A stretch of DNA of 37,457 nt, from sequence record DRR723986_5784; one strand, given 5' to 3'. This document shows, piece after piece, positions 8,541 through 17,710 of this stretch (position 1 is its first letter; each line of letters opens with the position of its first letter). The notes under the pieces were generated by a model. The model saw nothing but the letters and a program-made list of their open reading frames with translations, made no database searches and had not been told where the DNA came from. Position numbers and translations under genes: made by a program.

Positions 8541-9386
8541 CTACTTTTGCGAGTTAAGATTCCAGTCGTAGTCGAGGAACGTCACTCTCGCTTTCCCACT
8601 TTTCAGGAGTGCACGGGCCCCCTCGGGAGCGAACCGACTGCAGAAGGCAAGCCGTTCCGCCTGAGTCTTACCAAAGTCCTCTTCGAACCAGTCCAAGATC
8701 GGTGAAAGCTGGACTGACTTGCGGTTGTTGTCCCAGCGAAACTTTCTGTTATCCGCGAAGAAGTCTACCGCGTTTTCATTCAACTGCTTATCCAATTTCT
8801 CTGCAGTGTATGCCTCAGCAAGCAATCGCGGGCAGCCAATCGAGGCACAAACGATAGCGAAGTGGATTCTCGGTTCGCCGGCTTTTCGCAGTATTTTGTG
8901 CTCGATGTCTTCCAGTGAGAGTTGGCTTCCGGCGACCCGCAGCTTCAGATTCTTCCAAATGTTATAACCCCAGAGCTTTGCCGTATGGTTGCGAATACTG
9001 CTGGTTGGGTACTCGCGTAGAATTCCCCAAACGGTCACTGCGTTGTAAGCGTTGATCCAGTAGGCAAGCTGCACTTCCCGCGGAGCCCCCTTGGTGGTGA
9101 CCGTGGATAGCCTATTCAGGTAGGCTTCTAGACTTTGGCGATCCGCTGACGACGCTTTCCAGGCTTTGTAGTTCACAAGCCCCTTCGAGTCGACGTACTT
9201 CTTTAGCAGCCGGTCCCAAGAATCATGCGAGATGCTCTTCATCGGCACGCGATTCTTAGCACTGACTTCTTTGCCGACGAGTACATCTGCGGCAAATGCC
9301 CGTCCAGTCGGCACAGTCGAGAACGCAACCGCCGCCAAAATCCAAGTTGCAAAAATACCGATTGGAGTCGCTCGCATCGTATGCAT
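8541..9386 (-). CDS. Secreted DUF547 domain protein
   Basis: WDRLLKKYV..G.VNY, LAYWINAYNA, IEHKILR, EPRIHFAIVCASIGCP, DYDWNLN; signal peptide follows Met at 9386/9377, so the ORF-track start 9500 looks too long. Confidence 0.88.
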   Translation of the reverse strand: MHTMRATPIGIFATWILAAVAFSTVPTGRAFAADVLVGKEVSAKNRVPMKSISHDSWDRLLKKYVDSKGLVNYKAWKASSADRQSLEAYLNRLSTVTTKGAPREVQLAYWINAYNAVTVWGILREYPTSSIRNHTAKLWGYNIWKNLKLRVAGSQLSLEDIEHKILRKAGEPRIHFAIVCASIGCPRLLAEAYTAEKLDKQLNENAVDFFADNRKFRWDNNRKSVQLSPILDWFEEDFGKTQAERLAFCSRFAPEGARALLKSGKARVTFLDYDWNLNSQK

Positions 9387-9683
9387 TCCGTAGCTCTGGA
9401 TAAACAGACTGTAAAACCGACCTTTATGGATCACGTCACGAGCACTCTTGACGCAGCCATACCCAGTATCCTTACCGGCGATAACGATTTCTTCGCACAA
9501 TGAGCCGAAATTCGAAAGCGCAGTCGGCAGTCCCCCACCGGCCCCGAAACGCCAGGGACGCGCCGCGAATAACAGCCTAGGGAGTAACGCTGAAGACTGG
9601 CTTCTGAAACACCAGTCATCAAGGGGCGGTCCGGCCTGTTAGGTGTTATGGTAATGGCTTAAAATACGGTAGTAAAATCAGGC

Positions 9684-10559
9684 ATGATGGCGACTGCCAA
9701 TCATCGCGGACCCAATCAATCAGCCCTATCGAGGCCTCGCCCAATGAAACGCTTGGGGGCAGTATCATACCTGAACACAAAACCGCTGATCCAAGGCTTA
9801 CAGCAGCGTCTGGATCAGGCGGGGGGCTGGAAGATCAGCTTCGACCTTCCAAGCCGTCTTTCGCAGAGCCTTCAAGCGGGAGATTTGGACATCGCGCTCA
9901 TCCCAAGCTTTGAATTCCTGAGGCTCGGCAACGCGCAAATCATCTCCGACGCTTGTATCGGTTGCTGTGGACCAGTTCGCAGTGTCAAAGTCCTGTTCAA
10001 CAAGCCACCTCAGGAAGTCCGAACACTGGCCCTAGACGAGGGGTCTCGCACCAGCGTGGCTCTCGCTCAAATTCTGCTCCGAAAGCGATACGGCCTAGAA
10101 CCAGTTACGCTTCAGTTACCGATCGACGCTGACTTTCGAACATCGTCGGCCGACGCGGTGCTGGTAATTGGCGACCGCGCGATGAACGTGCCCGATCAAG
10201 ACTATCGCCGAGTCTGGGACTTAGGGGAGATGTGGGTTCAAACGACCGGCCTGCCGTTCGTTTTCGCGATGTGGGTCTGCAAAACCGACAGCTCGATCGC
10301 GGGCAACCTTGAATTTGCCTTGACCGAAGCCCTTCAGGCCTCACGAGACGAGGGCCTTTCCGCGGCGGAGCAACTCGCCGAACAGAACCACGCTGCTTAC
10401 GACATCTCGCGTGACGACTGCCTCCGCTACTTTACCGAACAATTGCATTTCACGCTCGGGGACAAGCAGCGGCAAGGGCTAGAACTCTTCCGAGAACTGG
10501 CTGTCCAGTACAACTTGCTGCCCCTCCCATCCGACACGCTCTCACTGCAAATATCATGA
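9684..10559 (+). CDS. mqnA: Chorismate dehydratase, futalosine pathway
   Basis: LGAVSYLNTKPL, SRTSVAL, LVIGDRAM, DLGEMW...TGLPFVFAMW; ATGA overlap with mqnC; true start may be 9744. Confidence 0.92.
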   Translation: MMATANHRGPNQSALSRPRPMKRLGAVSYLNTKPLIQGLQQRLDQAGGWKISFDLPSRLSQSLQAGDLDIALIPSFEFLRLGNAQIISDACIGCCGPVRSVKVLFNKPPQEVRTLALDEGSRTSVALAQILLRKRYGLEPVTLQLPIDADFRTSSADAVLVIGDRAMNVPDQDYRRVWDLGEMWVQTTGLPFVFAMWVCKTDSSIAGNLEFALTEALQASRDEGLSAAEQLAEQNHAAYDISRDDCLRYFTEQLHFTLGDKQRQGLELFRELAVQYNLLPLPSDTLSLQIS

Positions 10560-11686
10560 TCAGCGACATCCTCAACAAAGCGCGACAAGGCGAGAGACTG
10601 ACAACCGGCGATGCCCTAGAGCTTCTCAAGAGCCACGATTTGCCATCCATCGGTTCTGCAGCAGATGACGTATGCAGACGTCTGCACCCGGAGAACTACC
10701 GAACCTACAACATTGATCGCAACATCAACTACACGAATATCTGCACCGCCGTTTGCGACTTCTGTGCTTTTTATCGTTCCCCCAAGAGCGATGAGGGCTA
10801 TGTGTTGCCGCGAGAGGAGCTCCTGAAAAAAGTCGAAGAAACCGTCGCACTGGGCGGCAATCAGATTCTGATGCAAGGAGGTCTGCATCCCAAGTTCAAG
10901 ATCGACTGGTACGAACAACTGCTACAGGACATCACGACTGCGTTCCCCACGGTCAATGTCCATGGATTCAGCCCGCCGGAAATCCACCATTTCACCAAAG
11001 TGAACAACATGTCGCTGAAGGAAGTGCTTTCGCGGCTGAAGGACGCGGGCCTCGGCAGTCTACCCGGCGGTGGCGCAGAAATCCTTGTCGATCGCGTTCG
11101 CTCGGAAATCACGCGGGGCAAGGTGATGACCGATGATTGGTTGAACGTGATGCGTGTATGGCACGAGCTTGGCGGTATCAGCTCAGCGACCATGATGTTC
11201 GGTCATGTTGAAACACTGGAAGAACGAGTTGAACACTTGGAGCGGATTCGCCAATTGCAGGACGAAACCAATGGCTTTTCGGCATTCATTTGCTGGACGT
11301 TCCAACCAGAGAACACCGATATGCAACACATCTCGCCCAAGGGAGCGTATGACTACCTGCACACGCAAGCTGTTGCCAGATTGTTCTTGGATAACGTGCC
11401 CAACATTCAAAGTAGTTGGGTCACGCAGGGTTTGAAAGTCGGGCAACTCGCTCTGCTTTACGGCGCAAACGACATGGGTAGCCTCATGATTGAGGAGAAC
11501 GTTGTTGCTGAGGCTGGCACGGTACACTTCTTGACTCTCGACCAGATCCGAGAAGCCATCGAAGAGCACGGATACGAAGCACGACAGCGCGACGTCTTCT
11601 ACAACCTGGTCTCCGAAGATCTGGAGCAGCAAGCAATCGAGGCCAACCGTCGACAGGTAAACTCCACCCTACCAGTCATCGGCTGA
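10556..11686 (+). CDS. mqnC: Cyclic dehypoxanthinyl futalosine synthase (radical SAM)
   Basis: RNINYTNICTAVCDFC, ILMQGG, SLPGGGAEIL, NIQSSWVTQG, GANDMGSLMIEENVV. Confidence 0.9.
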   Translation: MISDILNKARQGERLTTGDALELLKSHDLPSIGSAADDVCRRLHPENYRTYNIDRNINYTNICTAVCDFCAFYRSPKSDEGYVLPREELLKKVEETVALGGNQILMQGGLHPKFKIDWYEQLLQDITTAFPTVNVHGFSPPEIHHFTKVNNMSLKEVLSRLKDAGLGSLPGGGAEILVDRVRSEITRGKVMTDDWLNVMRVWHELGGISSATMMFGHVETLEERVEHLERIRQLQDETNGFSAFICWTFQPENTDMQHISPKGAYDYLHTQAVARLFLDNVPNIQSSWVTQGLKVGQLALLYGANDMGSLMIEENVVAEAGTVHFLTLDQIREAIEEHGYEARQRDVFYNLVSEDLEQQAIEANRRQVNSTLPVIG

Positions 11687-11819
11687 GCAGAAAGGCTCGA
11701 CTAAACGGGCCGGAACATCAAATAGGTCGGAACAAGTAAGGAAGCGACGCAAATCCGGCAGCATCTTGTATCACTGCAGCCTGATTGCCGAAACTTCGCT
11801 GCGTCAGCCCCGGTACAGC

Positions 11820-12161
11820 CTAACGCCCACGCCAGGCTACGGCCCACACAACTCCATCGGAATTGACTTTGCCGACCAGGAACTTCGAATTGTTCCCCCA
11901 GGCGACCGATTCATCAGCTTCGGCGTTCGCCTTTGTTTTCTCAGGCATTTTGCTGAGCAGCCCGGCTAGTGCGTCCCGTTGAACCGACGTCGGTGGATGA
12001 TGCGGCCCAAACTGTTGGTCGATTTCAGCGATTGCCGTGCCGGATTTAACTTCCTTCGCGGCAGCAGCATCGATGGGTGGATACTCTTTCTCGGAGCAAC
12101 CAAGGAAAAGAACAACGACAAACAACAAGGGAACAGCAAGAAGTCTCATTCGACCGACCAT
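11820..12161 (-). CDS. Small hypothetical lipoprotein
   Basis: Hydrophobic leader ending FLGC (lipobox-like); fills the gap downstream of queD. Confidence 0.65.
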   Translation of the reverse strand: MVGRMRLLAVPLLFVVVLFLGCSEKEYPPIDAAAAKEVKSGTAIAEIDQQFGPHHPPTSVQRDALAGLLSKMPEKTKANAEADESVAWGNNSKFLVGKVNSDGVVWAVAWRGR

Positions 12162-12222
12162 GAAGTGTTAACACCAGGACCACTTTAGACAATCCAAGAA
12201 CACTTCAGCAGCAAGCCGGACG

Positions 12223-12651
12223 CTAGTCCAGCGATGCTTCCGCGTAGGATTCGGCGGTCTCCCAAATGCGAACTCGCACCGCGCGGGCACCGCTACCCTC
12301 TAGTACAGTTGGACACATCTCTTCCAACAGATACTTCGCCATGTTCTCGGCAGTTGGATTATACGGCATTTTGAACAACCGCGATGGCTGTACCTGCTCC
12401 AACGCTTGGATAGCGTTCTCATCCTTCTCGAATACCAGGAAACTGTGGTCCCAATTGGCATCAATCCAGCCTTTAGTCCGCGCCTTGAGATCAGCGAAGT
12501 CGAGCACGCGTCCAACCTCATCCACCTCGTCGCCTTCAACGAAGAAGTCGGCAATGTAGTTGTGCCCGTGGAAATTTTCACACTTGCCGCCGTGTTTATA
12601 TAAGCGGTGCCCGGCGCAAAAGGTTATGCGCCGCATGATTGTTAGACTCAT
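12223..12651 (-). CDS. queD: 6-carboxytetrahydropterin synthase (QueD/PTPS family)
   Basis: F.AGHRL, CENFHGHNY, LDFADLK, WDH, NPTAEN, WET; ATG at 12651. Confidence 0.85.
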   Translation of the reverse strand: MSLTIMRRITFCAGHRLYKHGGKCENFHGHNYIADFFVEGDEVDEVGRVLDFADLKARTKGWIDANWDHSFLVFEKDENAIQALEQVQPSRLFKMPYNPTAENMAKYLLEEMCPTVLEGSGARAVRVRIWETAESYAEASLD

Positions 12652-12797
12652 CAAATTGCTCTCAGGTGCTTTTATTTAGTAACAACTGCACAGCGGATCA
12701 AATCATCGCCTGCTGGCAGTCGGTTGTCGTTAGTATGCTGGTAGCGGCACCACAGGGGTCGCCCGTAACTATCAATTCCACCAAGGAACTGCACGAG

Positions 12798-13166
12798 TCA
12801 GTCGTCCGGGTCGGTAGATAGCTTGGGATTGTCACGGTGCCGCGTCGCATCACGTTTTGTTTTTTTCTCTATGTTCTTCTGCCAGGCTTTTGTCAGATCC
12901 GTGCCAGTCTGATTGGCGATACAAGTTGTGACGAACAAGATATCTGCCAACTCGTCCGCCAGATCTCCAGGCGAATCACCGGGCTTCGAAGATTGCTCAC
13001 CGTAGCGCCTGGCCATGATCCGAGCAAGCTCACCGACCTCCTCAACCAACTGCGCCAAGTTTGTCAGTTCTGAAAAATATCGGACGCCGATGGAGTTGAT
13101 CCACTGGTCGACATCACCTTGCAACTGAGCCAGATCGGCACTTGGCGTAACTTCAGAGTCGGTCAT
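12798..13166 (-). CDS. MazG-like nucleotide pyrophosphohydrolase (YpjD type)
   Basis: YFSELTNLAQLVEEVGELAR...YGEQS.K...ELADILFV. Confidence 0.85.
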   Translation of the reverse strand: MTDSEVTPSADLAQLQGDVDQWINSIGVRYFSELTNLAQLVEEVGELARIMARRYGEQSSKPGDSPGDLADELADILFVTTCIANQTGTDLTKAWQKNIEKKTKRDATRHRDNPKLSTDPDD

Positions 13167-13184
13167 CAATCACCCTATCGTTGA

Positions 13185-14432
13185 CTATTCCCAGCGGTAG
13201 CAATCCAAGCCCTTTAGCCGCCGTACATAGACGTGATTATCCAGAATTGCCAAGTGAGCCCAAGTGGGTTCATCAGCGATATCTTTCTCACCGATCAGTT
13301 CAAACTTTTCGGGAGTGGGGTTGATCAGCATTAGTTTTCCATCGTCTGCCAAGGCGACGATCTTATCGCCGTTGGTAACCATGCTCCAGTATTTACCCAT
13401 TGGCGTCGTCCGCCACGCTTCCTTGCCGTCGGCAAGATTGATGCAAGAGACACGATTGTTCTTCAGGTGCATGTAAACGTGATCGCCGACGACGACCGGT
13501 GATGACATGTAGGCTTCCGAGCGTCCTTCCCAGACCAACTCTGCTTCCCAGCTATCGCTGCCCGGCACAGGTTTAATCATCTGACTCTTGCCGCCGTAGC
13601 AGCTTGTGAAAACCATATCATTCCAGACCGTCGGAGTCAGGATGTTCATGCCACGAAACGTTGCGACAGGACGCTGCCAAAGCACTTTTCCGTCTGCGGT
13701 ATCAATACCGCACAGAGTTGTTCGCGTCTGAGCAACCAATTGCTCCTTGCCCGCGATGGTCCGAATCGTGGGCGAGGAGAACGCTCCGCCGTACATTCCA
13801 CCGCCATCTCGCATCGCTTCCCAGACAGTACTACCGTCGGCGAGCAGCATCTTGCGAACTGAACCACCGGCTTGAATGTAGACATGCTCCCCATCGATCA
13901 ATGGTGAACACACCAAACCGAATGAGGGCAGTTGTTCTCCGCCCTCAGCAAAATCAACTCGCCATAGTTCATCGCCGGTTTCACAATTGAAGCAAGCCAC
14001 GACATCTCGCATCCCGCCGACGACGATGTGCTTTCCGTCAGTGGCTGGCGTTGAACGAATCCATGAACCGTTTGACGCTGCGAAGAAGGGCACGGTCATC
14101 GCTCCCTTCCATTGCCGCTTCCATATTTCGTCACCGGATTTAGCGTCCAAGGCGATCAGGGTTTCGCTTTCCTTACCGACAGTTTCGGTCGTGTAGACAC
14201 GTCCGTCGGCGATAATCGGCCCGGAGTAGCTTTCCGCCAGATCGAGCGACCAAACTTGCTCGAGCGAGTCGAGCGATGCAGGCCACTTGGCTCCTTCAGC
14301 GGTGCCATCTCGCATTGGCCCTCGCCAAGTTGGCCAGCTTCTATCGCCAGCAAGGCTTGTGCCTGCCTGCAACGAAACGATTGAGGAGGCAAGCAACATG
14401 CTTCGTCGCGACAACTGGTTCTTGGCGGGCAT
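13185..14432 (-). CDS. PQQ-like (BamB-type) beta-propeller protein with probable Tat signal
   Basis: SRRSML twin-Arg leader, WPTWRGPMRDG, repeated ALD..G...W blades and SSP motifs. Confidence 0.85.
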   Translation of the reverse strand: MPAKNQLSRRSMLLASSIVSLQAGTSLAGDRSWPTWRGPMRDGTAEGAKWPASLDSLEQVWSLDLAESYSGPIIADGRVYTTETVGKESETLIALDAKSGDEIWKRQWKGAMTVPFFAASNGSWIRSTPATDGKHIVVGGMRDVVACFNCETGDELWRVDFAEGGEQLPSFGLVCSPLIDGEHVYIQAGGSVRKMLLADGSTVWEAMRDGGGMYGGAFSSPTIRTIAGKEQLVAQTRTTLCGIDTADGKVLWQRPVATFRGMNILTPTVWNDMVFTSCYGGKSQMIKPVPGSDSWEAELVWEGRSEAYMSSPVVVGDHVYMHLKNNRVSCINLADGKEAWRTTPMGKYWSMVTNGDKIVALADDGKLMLINPTPEKFELIGEKDIADEPTWAHLAILDNHVYVRRLKGLDCYRWE

Positions 14433-14517
14433 TTGAGGGACTTTCAGCTAGGTGTTAATGGAGTTGGGCCACCGCTTTAGCGCTGACCAACCAAAGTGTG
14501 CAAAAGTAGTAAAGCAA

Positions 14518-15420
14518 CTAATTCGACGATGAACGAAACGATGGACGCGTGCCGTGAAGCGCGGTAGCAAACTCGGTGAGCTGCTGCATGCTGTCGCAAA
14601 ATCCGGTGTACTTCATCTTCGGACGCAAGATATCGTTCAAGGCGCGACCTCCGACAACAACCATCGTGTCAGGAGGCAGGTCGCGGTGAAATCTCGAGTA
14701 CTCGGCCAGAAATTCATCGGGACATTCCAAGTGTGAAACACTCAACCAGACCATCTTCGGGTTATGTTCCACTGCGGCGGCGAGGACCGTGCTAAGCGGT
14801 AAGTTGCATCCGAGATTCATCGATCGCCAGCGACACTCGCGTAGGACGAGATCGATCAACTGGCTTGGCAGGCTATAGTTGTCACCGGTTGGTGAACCGC
14901 CAATAGCCAGCGGCGCGTTCAGCGGTGCCTCTGGGATCAACCGGCGAAATTCATAGAGGACCCTCGAGCAAATTTCGCAGCCCCGACGTTCTTGATAGAC
15001 CTCGATCTCCCCGCAAGTCCACTTTTCACCGAGCAAGTGGAACGTCTCTGCGATGAACTCATCAGCCAGTAATGCAAAACTCTCCGTCGCAGCGTAAGCT
15101 TCTGTTAACGCTTTACGGCAGACGCCCTCGTCGCCAACTTCAAGGGCATCTGCGAATGTACGCTTCAGCTTGTCTAATGAGTGCTCCGAGGCATGAGTTT
15201 GCCTTTCCGTATTGGCCGGCAGTGGAACGCTCGGTAGAGGATTTACGACTTGGCGATTCGACTCTCGTAGGAACTCGAGAAAACCATTTAGCGGAATGCG
15301 GCGGTGTCCACCGAGCGTCCGCACCATCGGTATAGCGCCTCGGTCGCACCATCGCTTAACGGATGACTCGGAAATACCGAGAGCTTCCGCCGCTTGCTTT
15401 GTTGTTAGGTGATCTTCCAT
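14518..15420 (-). CDS. MerR/excisionase (BldC-like) HTH fused to a degenerate cobalamin-binding domain (CarH/LitR-like regulator)
   Basis: LTTKQAAEALGISESSVKRWCDRG...RTLGGHRR; helical cap W-x9-E; Rossmann part NLG.NLP...LSVS...VVGG; ATG 15420 preferred over ORF-track 15537. Confidence 0.82.
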   Translation of the reverse strand: MEDHLTTKQAAEALGISESSVKRWCDRGAIPMVRTLGGHRRIPLNGFLEFLRESNRQVVNPLPSVPLPANTERQTHASEHSLDKLKRTFADALEVGDEGVCRKALTEAYAATESFALLADEFIAETFHLLGEKWTCGEIEVYQERRGCEICSRVLYEFRRLIPEAPLNAPLAIGGSPTGDNYSLPSQLIDLVLRECRWRSMNLGCNLPLSTVLAAAVEHNPKMVWLSVSHLECPDEFLAEYSRFHRDLPPDTMVVVGGRALNDILRPKMKYTGFCDSMQQLTEFATALHGTRPSFRSSSN

Positions 15421-15664
15421 ATCTCTGGCAACGCTCTTTGTGAAATTGACGTCAGCCATCTGACTAAATGAACGCTTTGAGCGTACAAACCGCCGCAAAA
15501 CCGTTCCTGATACGTGCATTCCGTTCACTCTCGACACGGAAAACGTTCAACGCTCATCTTATTCTTACTCTATGTCTAGCGTCCAGTGCTAAACACATCT
15601 TTGGTTATTTATGTTTTTTTAGCAAAAACACGACCTTTGGGTTGTGCGGGTTGCCGATGTGCGG

Positions 15665-15725
15665 TAGAACGAAGTGAACGATTTGGCCGGTTTGGCTGGC
15701 CATGAACGGTTTCGAAGATGTTCAT
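15665..15725. promoter_or_regulatory. GAAC-type direct repeats and ATGAAC-N12-GTTCAT palindrome upstream of the sigma gene
   Basis: GAAC 15667, GAAC 15676, GGCC 15685, GGCT 15694, GAAC 15704, GAAG 15714 (9-10 bp spacing); inverted repeat 15702-15725. Confidence 0.4.
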
Positions 15726-15745
15726 AGTTGATATTGGGACGAAAC

Positions 15746-16801
15746 ATGACTGCTACCTGTGTCAGCACCGCAACCTCCCGTCGAACCCTCGATGGCTCGC
15801 CTTTATCAAAACCGCTCACTCGAACGTTTCGCCGAAAGGCACTCGAATCCGAGTTCCTGAAGTTCTGCCAGTTTCAGCCCGACGCCGAGGATCGTCCTCT
15901 TACGCCAGCGGAGTTCCGAGAGCTGCAAGCTGAAGCGAACGACTTTATCATCAGCGATGATTTTTCATCAACGACCGCTGAACGCGAAATCCTCGGCGAC
16001 GCTTTCTTGAGCGACTGCTTAGAGGATTCGGAAACCAAGCCAAGGGCCGCTCGAAAGTTGAACCTGCCACCCCACTTGGTTGGCATGTGCGAAGACCAAC
16101 TACTGACGCCAAGCCAGGAGCGATGCCTGTTCCAGCGGATGAACTTCCTGAAATACCTCGCGGCGAAAATCATGGATCGCCGTACCCCTGACACCGCAAC
16201 TCAGTGGGACGTTGAGAGAGTGCGAGGGTTGATTCGCGCCTCGCAGTGGTATCGTGATCGCATCGTCCGCGCGAACACCCGCCTGGTTATTTCAATCGTG
16301 AAAAAGTTCGTCAACCAGCAGTGCAGCTTCGATGACTTGCTAAGCGACGGCATCATGGCACTCATTCGCTCGGTCGACAAGTTCGACTACAAGCTAGGTT
16401 ACCGTTTCAGCACCTATGCGACTCAAGTAGTCAGACGGAACAGCTATCGCTTTGTCATGGATCGGCAGGATGAAAGAATGCGAGTCGCCAACAGCATCAA
16501 TGACTCTGGCGTCGATGTTGCCGAGGATCAAGATCCTTCGACGATGAGTGAATATCGGTGGAACACACTTCGAAACCACTTGTCGCAACTGCTCAACCAA
16601 CTCGACAAACGGGAAAAGCTGATCGTTCGGGCGCGATTCTCGCTCGGCGGGCACCGACGTGTTCAAACCTTGCAAGCTCTCGCAGACCGACTTGGCATAT
16701 CCAAAGAACGCGTCCGTCAGCTAGAAAAGCGGGCGATGGAGAAGCTTCAACAGATGGCGCGGATCGATCCACCTGATCTCGTTGAAGTAGAACCCGCCTA
16801 G
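15746..16801 (+). CDS. Alternative sigma70-family factor (regions 1.2, 2 and 4; region 3 reduced)
   Basis: LLTPSQE, ANTRLVISIVKKF, DLLSDG..AL...VDKFDYKLGYRFSTYA, TLQALADRLGISKERVRQLEKRAMEKL. Confidence 0.88.
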   Translation: MTATCVSTATSRRTLDGSPLSKPLTRTFRRKALESEFLKFCQFQPDAEDRPLTPAEFRELQAEANDFIISDDFSSTTAEREILGDAFLSDCLEDSETKPRAARKLNLPPHLVGMCEDQLLTPSQERCLFQRMNFLKYLAAKIMDRRTPDTATQWDVERVRGLIRASQWYRDRIVRANTRLVISIVKKFVNQQCSFDDLLSDGIMALIRSVDKFDYKLGYRFSTYATQVVRRNSYRFVMDRQDERMRVANSINDSGVDVAEDQDPSTMSEYRWNTLRNHLSQLLNQLDKREKLIVRARFSLGGHRRVQTLQALADRLGISKERVRQLEKRAMEKLQQMARIDPPDLVEVEPA

Positions 16802-17125
16802 TCTGAAGGACTTCGGCTCTATGCCACGACTCCTGTTGGGGTTCGAGGCAGGGTAAACGCCAGATATTCCAAATGAAACCGACCGCGGGGAGCCATTGAG
16901 TTTTCCGCGGTTCGACGTTGCGGCTTCCCGCCAGTCTATACAGCCCAGCCCCAGATCGCTCACGCCGACATCGCACTCGCTTGTTTTCTTCGCGATTTAG
17001 TGCCATTTGCAGTAAGGCTGGCGAGGCCGCTGCGTCATACAACTGAAAGCACAGCAGTTTCTGATCCGGTGCGCCGAATCCCGGCGATCGGAACGGCAGA
17101 TGCGTGCAAATATGCCCGACTCAGA

Positions 17126-17153
17126 TTGACAACCCCTTGAGCAAGCATACCAT
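17126..17153 (+). promoter_or_regulatory. Candidate sigma70 promoter of trxA
   Basis: TTGACA-N16-TACCAT, about 140 nt upstream of the ATG. Confidence 0.55.
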
Positions 17154-17291
17154 TCAACACTTGATCGAGTGTCTGATTCGCAATGGCCACGAGGCTTTTG
17201 GTGATGCGAATTGCACACAATGCCGAATTAATGAATCGCGACAGAGTTCGAAAAAGTCATTCGAAAGCCTTCAACAACGGAGCTGATTTAA

Positions 17292-17621
17292 ATGGGACAG
17301 CACACAGTCGAATTTACCGACGACAATTTTCAACAGGAAGTCCTCGACGCTGAAGGCGGTGTCCTTGTGGATTTTTGGGCTCCATGGTGCGGACCTTGCC
17401 GTCAAATCGCTCCACTCATCGACCAGTTCGCCACGCAGTTTGCTGGTTCGGTGAAGATCGGTAAGCTCAATATCGACGACAACCAAGCAATTACCGAGAA
17501 GTACGGTATTCAGAGCATTCCAACATTGCTTCTGTTCAAGAACGGCGAAGTCGCAGAGACTTTCCGAGGCATGCCGCCGCAAGCCAAGCTGGAAGAAGCG
17601 ATCGTTTCGCTACAGTCGTAG
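17292..17621 (+). CDS. trxA: Thioredoxin
   Basis: VDFWAPWCGPC, SIPTL, 109 aa. Confidence 0.96.
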   Translation: MGQHTVEFTDDNFQQEVLDAEGGVLVDFWAPWCGPCRQIAPLIDQFATQFAGSVKIGKLNIDDNQAITEKYGIQSIPTLLLFKNGEVAETFRGMPPQAKLEEAIVSLQS

Positions 17622-17677
17622 AGCGTCCGGGACCGTTCATACGCCTGTGAATTGCGGCGCAGAACTCAATCCAATAC

Positions 17678-17710
17678 AGCGAAGGAGCCCACCAGCTTCT
17701 TCGCTTTTTT
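17678..17710 (+). terminator. Intrinsic terminator after trxA
   Basis: AGCGAAGGAGC-CCACCA-GCTTCTTCGCT followed by a T-run. Confidence 0.8.

Noticed and set aside
9684-11686. Futalosine menaquinone genes as a novelty
   Set aside because: Known pathway; mqnA-mqnC coupling is ordinary.
12655-12797. preQ1 riboswitch upstream of queD
   Set aside because: No GGTTC-loop hairpin with a 3' A-rich tail on the minus strand.
15300-15420. Prophage or mobile element implied by the excisionase-like HTH
   Set aside because: The HTH is fused to a B12-type domain, and no integrase, att site or phage genes are nearby.
16643-16660. LGGHRR occurs in both the sigma factor and the neighbouring regulator
   Set aside because: Different structural contexts (sigma region 4 loop vs HTH wing) and no extended similarity; treated as coincidence.
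16802-17291. 490-bp sigma-trxA intergenic region as an ncRNA or small gene
   Set aside because: Only one hairpin (ACCGCGG...CCGCGGT near 16882-16911) and the trxA promoter are evident; no known RNA family or convincing ORF was recognised.
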